Positions 56,394 through 64,000 of a stretch of 64,000 bases of DNA are shown piece after piece. Source of the stretch: the human T2T-CHM13v2.0 reference genome, Homo sapiens. The first letter of the stretch is position 1; each line of letters begins with the position of its first letter. Below the pieces are notes generated by a model that searched no databases, was not told the origin of the DNA, and saw only the letters and a program-made list of their open reading frames with translations. The stretch lies in NCBI RefSeq assembly GCF_009914755.1, contig NC_060932.1; one strand, 5' to 3'. The position numbers and the translations under genes were made by a program.

Positions 56394-57251
56394 TGATACA
56401 GGATTCTTTCGGTGCCACTTCACCAGCTGAAAATCGCCAGTGGGCTCGTTCCACCCACTCGGCGGCAGGCTGCGCTCAGCTCACACTACTGGCCTGGATC
56501 CTATGCCCATTGCAGCTCTGCCCTCAGCCTGCAGCTGGTCCAGCCATGCCGCAACTGGCTTCCTCCTTGGGTGCCGACATCTAGACGAGGGGGATGCGAT
56601 GGCGTCCGAAAACATGGAGAAGCCAGCAAACGCAGAGCCCCAAGGAGTGTTACAGCTTTTGCTTGGAGAGTCCAGAGGTCCGAGTCCCCAGGAAGTGTTA
56701 CAGTTCTTGTTTGTTCCTGCCACCCTTAGCTCAGCAAACGGGGGCCTGTGGTGTCCAGCGGTTTTTTCACTCCTGTTGCTCCCCAGCAGAAACGCGTGTT
56801 ACAGCTCTTTTCACACCTGTCATCCAGTGGGTGTTGGGTTATTATCCTGCGACCAACAAGAATGAGGTACACAGACACTGGAAAGTGAGTGAGGTAGAGA
56901 AGAATTTTACTGAGCGACAGAAAAGCTCTCCACGATGAGAGGGGACCCAAAGTAGGTAACACTCTTTGTGAGAGGAAGCCCCAAAACGAGTAGTCATTTG
57001 TGAGGCTGAGTCCAGGGTTTTTATGGGATCAGAATAGGGGCATGTGTGCCGTGTGGTCCCTGGGTGGGCCTGGAAAAAGCACCATTCGATTGGCTAAAAG
57101 GCATGGAGAAAGTTCTCCCTCCGGCGGTGGACTCTACCCCGAAAAGGCAGCTCGGTTTTCAGGCTTCGGGCTGTCTTTGGCTTGAAGGTCGGGTTTCACC
57201 AGGGACCCATCCCTGTCTGGCTAGGAATTTGTCTGTCTTCTGCTGCTATCA
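56394..57251 (-). mobile_element. ERV1 solo LTR (LTR27/LTR28-like)
   Basis: TGATA...TATCA termini; 4-bp TSD CATT at 56390-56393 and 57252-57255; minus strand begins TGATAGCAGCAGAAGACAGACAAATTCCTAG..GGTCCCTGGTGAAACCCGACCTTCAAGCC. Confidence 0.88.
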
Positions 57252-57337
57252 CATTCGTATACACCACCTACCAATAGTCTTTTCTACTAGCCAATGAAGC
57301 AATTAAAGCTCCAACCATACCGTAATAAATGCTAAAA

Positions 57338-57506
57338 ATTATTGAATGCTTACGGCATGCCTGACCCTCTTTGAGAGGTTTAGTCTTCCTAACTACCCTA
57401 TCATCAGATACTATTATTATATCTGTATTAAAACTAGGACACTGAGGCACAAAAGTTAAGAACAAACCCCCAGATAAGACAGTTAGAAAGAAGAGCAAGG
57501 ATTCAA
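57338..57506 (-). mobile_element. MIR
   Basis: TTATTGAATGCTTAC..ACTATTATTAT..GGACACTGAGGCACAAAAGTTAAG..GAGCAAGGATTCAA. Confidence 0.7.
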
Positions 57507-58247
57507 TAACTGAATTTTGAGGAGTTAAGAAGGGAAAGTAGAGATTGATTCTTTGCATCTTCGTTTTCTAAACATATGAAAGCATATGGAGGTAAGATCA
57601 TAACATTTTTAGGACCCCTTCCATATTGATGCTCTTAAGAAATTACAGTGTCATCCTATTATAGATGCTAGAAAGTAGTTTTGTAGCTGTTGGCATGTTC
57701 AGATGCTTCTGTACTTAAACAAATTCTAAGGTAGACTTAAAAACTTAGAATCCTCTGGATATATCAGAATAGCTACCACACTGGACGGTTATCTTAACCA
57801 ACATATTCATTTCCCCTTGTGATATTTTCGAAGAAGTCTCATGAATTTAGAAGAATATGTCAGGAAAATATCGGGTTTTCACAACATCTTTTTAAAAAGT
57901 TTACATCAGAGAACCCCATATATACACAGAGTTGCCCAAGGGGGAATATCCCATTATTCAGATAAACACTGCATTGCCCCACTGCATTGCTGATTACAAG
58001 ATCTAAAATACATTCTAAGAAATACGTTCCAGGAAAATAAATATGTCTTTATATAAAATAATTCCCAAAACTCCTAGCCACACACCTCTCATATATACAC
58101 ACTAGATTTGGGGGTAAACTTTTACAAAAAGAGGGATAGATTTGGTGGAAGGTAGGATGATTAAAGAAAGAAAAGTCTCAGGGCCATGAATGAGTGGAAG
58201 TTAAGGATATCAAGGAGCAGAGGACCAAATTTGTTGTTACATTATTT

Positions 58248-58512
58248 GGTCCACACTATCCAATCTGCAACCTTTGGGAACAAGTGTTAGAAATCAATAT
58301 TTCACATTTTAAAGTGAAAATACTGCAATAGAAAAAAGAATACCACAACAGAGTCTGGGGCAGCACCTTCTGATCAAACACATCAGTATTTTTACAGCAA
58401 GTGGGATAAGGATGAGTGAGGGAAAGTTGATTTTGCTCCTAAATATGTTGTCTCCAAACTTTTTAATTTTTTAGATTGTCAGGCTTTATTTGAGAATTGT
58501 GGATAAAGATTT
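58248..58512. mobile_element. Old TcMar-Tigger-type DNA transposon relic
   Basis: GGTCCACACTATCC..GCAAC start and GAATTGTGGATAAAGATT end resemble decayed TIRs; internal GTCTGGGGCAGCACC..ATCAAACACATC. Confidence 0.5.
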
Positions 58513-59848
58513 AAAAATAACAACATTTGATAACAATTATTCATTTAGATTTCTTCTACTCCTTTTATCATGAATTACACTGTTTCTCATTGCCCAAGCT
58601 CTAATAAATGGATCTATATATTGTTCTCATCTCTGAGAATCTTATAGAATTCCATTCTCTTTTTGTCTTTTCAGAACAAACTATCCTCACCACTGTATAG
58701 CTAGAGACCTAGCTGTTCTAAATTAAAAGGTGTCATTTAAAGAAGCAGTTTTTATTTTCTTAATGCCCTAATAATAGTTGAATAATAAAAGGAGTCTAGA
58801 TCAAAATGTTTTATAAAAAAATTGAAGTTTTACATTTTTTACTCAACTGTTTTACCACCAGCAGTTGATAATTTAATTATTATTTTGACACGTGGTTTTT
58901 GGCAAGTGGTTACCATAAATAACTTTCCAGTTTTCTAAATTTGAATTTAAACATTATGTATAAAAATATATATGTTTACATTTTTATTGTTTGTATGTCT
59001 GTGAATTGTTATCTAAGAGTATGGAAAAGAAGAGCATGACTAGAGTGACTAATTTAACCATTTCTGTAGCTTCTAATTTGCGTATGAATTAAAATGTCTT
59101 ATTTCTTCAAGTAAAAAAATGTTAAGAAAATGAGTGTTCTCTATTGTTTATTTAATAATGTAAAAATTTGGCCTGTCTCTCCTACACTGCACACCCAATA
59201 TAGCTCTTGTCTATCTAAATTTTTCAGGCACATATCCTTCATACAAAGCCAAAGCTACTCAGATGAATTAATATAAGTAAGTCTTGGACTTCATGAACCT
59301 TGTAAGCTAGTATATGGAATAACAAAGAAACCTCTATTGTTAAAAATTTTAGTTACTGGTATAATAAATAATGATATTATACCAAATAATTATTAATACA
59401 ATTGAAATTGACATAATATAGTATTACTGACATTATATTAATTTAATATATAATATAATGTCATATAATTAATATTATAGTTAATAATTATCACAATGAT
59501 TGTTAATATCAAATGAAAGGTTTAATACAGAGTGATTTTTAAGAACTCTTCTCATATGTAAAAGAATACATATTTATTGTATAAATTGAGGTGAAAATAT
59601 AAAATATATGTTTTCCCATTGTGTAACATATATAGAGAACATAATTTCTGTTCTCTCTTTATTTAAATATGTCTATCTATTGTGGGCTTATGATGACATT
59701 TATTTAATTAATGGGAAAAAAGCAATATTACAGTGCTTGTTTTATATATCCATTATCTCTATACAACTATTATATTTTAAGTGTCTCTTTTAAATGAATT
59801 TGCATCTTGTCATACACAAAACATCTATGTATGGTTATTTTTCTTTAA

Positions 59849-60343
59849 GGACACTTAACATGAGATCTATTGTCTTAACAAAATTTTAAGTGCACAATAC
59901 AATATTGTTAACTATAGGCACAATGTTGTGCAGCAGACCTCTAGAACTTTTTTATTTTGGGTAACTGAAACTTTATACCCACTGAATAGCATGTTTACCC
60001 CTCCATCCAGATCCTGGTAGTTACCATTTCACTCTTTATTAGTGAATGTTACTGCTTTAATACCTCAGAAAGTAGAATCATGCAATATTTGTCCTTCTGT
60101 GACTGATTTATTACAATTAGCATAATGTCCTCCTAAAAGAATTAAAATCATAATTTTGAAGGTATCTGTACTCCATGTTCATTGTTGGATTATTCACAAT
60201 GGTCAAGATATGGAAACAACCTAACTGTCCATCAACAGAAGAATGGAGAAAGAAAATGTAGTCTGTACATTAAAAAGGAATATTATCGAGCCTTCAAAAA
60301 AAGAAAATCCTGCCTTAAGTGACAACATGGATCCACCTAGAGA
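59849..60343 (-). mobile_element. Short L1M (L1MA9-like) 3' insertion with 5' inversion: 59849-60133 (-), 60134-60343 (+)
   Basis: Minus 3'UTR ACACTTAACATGAGATCTA..TTAGCATAATGTCCTCC; plus AAAAGAATTAAAATCA..GACAACATGGATCCACCTAGAG. Confidence 0.82.
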
Positions 60344-61684
60344 ATTATTTTTTTTAACTTTGACTTTGTTACAGAATTTTAGATATTCAACTATCTGAAG
60401 GCTTGTAAAATTCCCAGAACTATCTTTGTAAAAGAATTTCAGGTAGAAAATTATTGATGTTATTATAAGTATCATGTAAAGATGACATGTCAAAAATCAA
60501 CACTAAAAGATATAGAGGTTTCAGAGTTCTCCCAATATTTGAAATTGCTAAATTGGACATCACTAGATTTCATAAAATTAAATCTAAAATAAATATTTAA
60601 TAAAACGCCAAAAGTTTTCCATATGATTCTTCCACCATGGATATCAAAACCAACTTAATAGGCAATAATAGAATTTGATTTAGAGAAGAATCAAAGAGCA
60701 ATGGTACCTTTGAAACAGAGAATTACGAAGACAAATGAAGATTTCTGCTTTGCATTGAAAAATTAAAATATTTAGAAATGGAAAATAACATTTGGTGCTT
60801 CAAAGATATTATTAGTTTTTATGTTACATTTTCTACAGTTTTTAAACTGCAATATTGTCTTTAAATTATTCAGGGCAATGTTATTTTACTTTTCTTAATT
60901 TAAGAAAAATTAGTACAAAAATTGCCACTGATTATTAGACTATGTAAGCTGATGAAGTTTATGGTCAATAACTCTCAATATCAAAGTTCTTGCCATAGCA
61001 TACCAAAAAAAGTTTTAAAAGGCATTCATATAAGTAGCAGAATATTATACATTCTTAAGATTTGATTTTCTGATACAAGAAATGTCAGTTTAAAAAAAAA
61101 TAAATCTAGTTATATTATAGAAACCTCTGTCACATGGTAATGTAGAAAGCATCTAAATAGAAAAGGTAATTTGGAAAGTTGAGAGTAAATCCTGATGAAT
61201 ATTGTTTTTATGAAGATGGTTAATTAGGAATACAATATTTGCTTGCATTACTGTCCAACAACAAGCACTATAGAGTTAATTCAACAATGCTAAATCCTAG
61301 AATCTGGCAACATTGCTATATGAATCTGGAATTATTGCTATTGTGGATAATCCTTTGGGGTGTGAGTGAATTTAAAGGTAGTAAATTTTCTCTGTTTCTT
61401 GGTCCTTTGTAATGGCACAGTGTTAAAGCACCTTTGTTGTTGCGTGCCCTAATTTAAGTGTGTCGCTGTTTTTCTGTTTTTACTCCACATTCAAATATTT
61501 CTCAAATGCCAATCCTGTTGGAAATCATAGGGGACCTTTTCTTCCCTTTTTTACTTCCCAAAGTGGTATATTTTCAACATTTTTAAAGTAACATGTATTT
61601 ATTCTTACGTCAAACATGAATTGAGCATTCTCTCAGAGCTACGTATAGTTTTAAAGCTTTAGGATGGTCTGGTAAACAAGACTT

Positions 61685-62105
61685 TGTACCTCTCTGTCTA
61701 GCACCCTCATTTTACTCAGTCATCCATTGTAGCTTCATTGTAGGCAAACAGACCTTTTCTTTATGCTGACCCTATTTTCTCCTGCTCTGTTACCCATGCG
61801 TGGTGTTCTTACCTCCTCAAATTATCTATGCTGTCTTGCAGTCTCACTCTCCACACCCATCTGTCCCAGTCCTCTCTCAGATATCAGTTCAAATATAACT
61901 TCCTCCAGGAAACATTTTCATCTTCAAATCTAACAGAACCATGCATTTCCTTACTGGAACCTTAATTCAGTGGTAAATTTATCTTTATTTGTGTAATAAT
62001 TTGACTAATAACTATATCACTCAGCAGACAGAAAGCTCCACGGAAACTTTTTTGGTCACCTCTATATCCCCAGCACCTACTACTAGTTTGTGTATGGCAC
62101 AAACC
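61685..62105 (+). mobile_element. L2 3' fragment
   Basis: TCAGTTCAAATATAACTTCCTCCAGGAAAC..TCACCTCTATATCCCCAGCACCTA..TGGCAC. Confidence 0.65.
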
Positions 62106-63439
62106 AAGGATGCTGCTACAGTTAGAACCATTGAGGTAAAACCAGAAAAATAGAGCCCCTTCCAAGTGAAAAAAAGTGAACATTTATTAGACTTTTTGAA
62201 GTTATTAAATTTTTACCTTCATGATAATATATTATAAAGAACACTTTTGACTACAATGTAGTTTGGATGTGTTGTACTTTTTGTTTTGTACTTTTTTCCC
62301 TATTTGAGTAGGGAATCAGACAGATATTTAAAATTATTTTACTGAATTGAGTTATTAATACTGTGAATTAAGGTTGTTATCCTCCAGTAGAATTTATTGT
62401 ATTTAAGCCTGAAACATACATCATAAATGACTTTGCTACTTTGTAGTTGGATACTCCCAGGATTTTCCAGAACAATCCCAAGTTTTTGAGACATATTTTT
62501 AAAAACACACTATTTAATGATACCTTTTAGTGCATAATTTAAATGTATCATTAATGTTATACTCTTACATATTTCATATACAACATCATTATAATTTTTT
62601 AAAATTCTCTAATCAGTTCATGAGTTCCAATTTTTGTTCTGAAAACGTGAATGTTGGTGAACCCAGATAACAACATTGTTATTTTTAAATTATCCTACAA
62701 AAGTGTTTAAAACCAATGCTTGTATCTAGGGCATTAAGAGATATCCAGAAGTTTGAACATTTCAGAAAATCAATAAAGAATAAAATTGAGAAAAAGACAC
62801 TTGGTTTATCAATAAGTTACAGATAACCTCACAGAGAAGAATCTCATGTAAGTATCTGAACAGAAGCAAGAGAGATGGTATAAAGAGAGATGCATGTTAA
62901 AGACATTCAGTCACTAAGTGTAAACCTCGGAGTTCAAGATTTTTCGGATGGAAGAGCAAGTTGAGTATTTGACAAACTAGAGTCAAGCAGATAGTTTTAT
63001 TTGAAACAGGAAATTAAAAAAAAATAAAGTGAGGTATTTATAATAACTTTCAGAGTAAGGTCCCAAAGAAGAGAGTAAGGCCTGAGTGGTGGGGTTAGTT
63101 TTATAAAGCAACCATGAATTTGTAGTTCTCAGGAGTTGACCTAACGGTAAACTAGCAGACGTGGAAATGTTCATTTGCTAAGATGAGGGAAAAACTGTGA
63201 TATTTAGCTGCCTTCTGCTTCAAAACTCCCAGATATGGCTTATTATCATCCTGAACTCGTTTATATCTCTCTTTGCTATTTCCACATTTCTTCATGAATG
63301 TGGGACAGAGCAAACTAAGGTTCCAGAAACAAATTGAGGTCCTTCCAAACTAATCCCATTGCATTTGTTATTTCCTCTTCTGAACTCGAATTTATTAGAT
63401 TTGTTTACATGTTTTCTTAAAGAACACCAACCATTAACT

Positions 63440-64000
63440 TCTTCCTGTTTTTCACCTCCCTCACACATAGTGAGGTTTCTTTCTCCTTTCTTCCCATTTT
63501 AACAGAATATATTTTTTCAAAAGATAATCTCTCCACCACCAGAACTCTGAATCCCATGCCTCACTTCCTTCTTTATTTTTTTTCCTTTTCTATGTATTGT
63601 CAGTATTTCACTGGCTTCTGCTTTGTCCACAAACATAGTAGTCTCTCCAGTCTTCTCACAGGTGCACACATAGGCCATGTGTGCATACATAAAACATGCA
63701 GTTACCCATATTCTTCTGACTGCATGTTCTCTGATAATTCTCCTCAGCTCTTCTCTTTCCTTTCCAGCCAATCTCCCTGAAAGGTTTACATTCTTTGACT
63801 GTACTTCCACAAGTTAATTTATTTGTCAATCACCTATAATATGAATTCTCGATTTATGTCTTAACTAGTACTGCTTTCCATAATTTGATATCATCTTATT
63901 TGTAAAAACTGTTGATCACAATTTGAAACTTCTCATCATTGATCTCAGAGCAACATCTGACTCCATCTCTGCCACAATGCTCTGAAGGCTCTCTCTTCTC
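63440..64000 (+). mobile_element. L2 ORF2-region relic
   Basis: Pyrimidine-rich; CTCTGAATCCCATGCCTCAC and TTGATCTCAGAGCAACATCTGAC resemble the L2 RT region. Confidence 0.5.

Noticed and set aside
56394-57251. CpG-island promoter of a host gene with overlapping ORFs
   Set aside because: Bounded by TG..CA termini and a 4-bp TSD, so it is an ERV1 LTR
59350-59510. Extremely AT-rich tract as a S/MAR or origin
   Set aside because: Low-complexity sequence without specific structure; function cannot be inferred

Overview
AT-rich primate (human/ape-like) genomic DNA, intergenic or deep intronic, with roughly half the window made of interspersed repeats. I find no credible host protein-coding gene, RNA gene or CRISPR array. 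The recognisable long ORFs are decayed LINE-1 ORF1/ORF2, THE1-internal, Alu or microsatellite frames. Main contents: a full THE1 (ERVL-MaLR) provirus with an intact GTTAC TSD; a nested stack at 7.6-16 kb (an old L1M hosting a THE1 solo LTR, an AluJ and a near full-length L1MA); a second L1 cluster at 31-42 kb containing a 5'-inverted L1PA; several Alus; THE1 and ERV1 (LTR27/28-like) solo LTRs with TSDs; MIR, L2 and MLT1 relics; a GGAA/GAAA microsatellite; and a roughly 10 kb repeat-poor unique block (42.6-52.6 kb) with several local duplications. The most notable observations are three L1 5' inversions of different ages, a patchwork amplification inside an L1MC, a perfect 47-bp tandem duplication, and speculative non-coding exon signals. 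Subfamily names come from recalled consensus motifs, not from a RepeatMasker run. I cannot support a claim of a new biological system.
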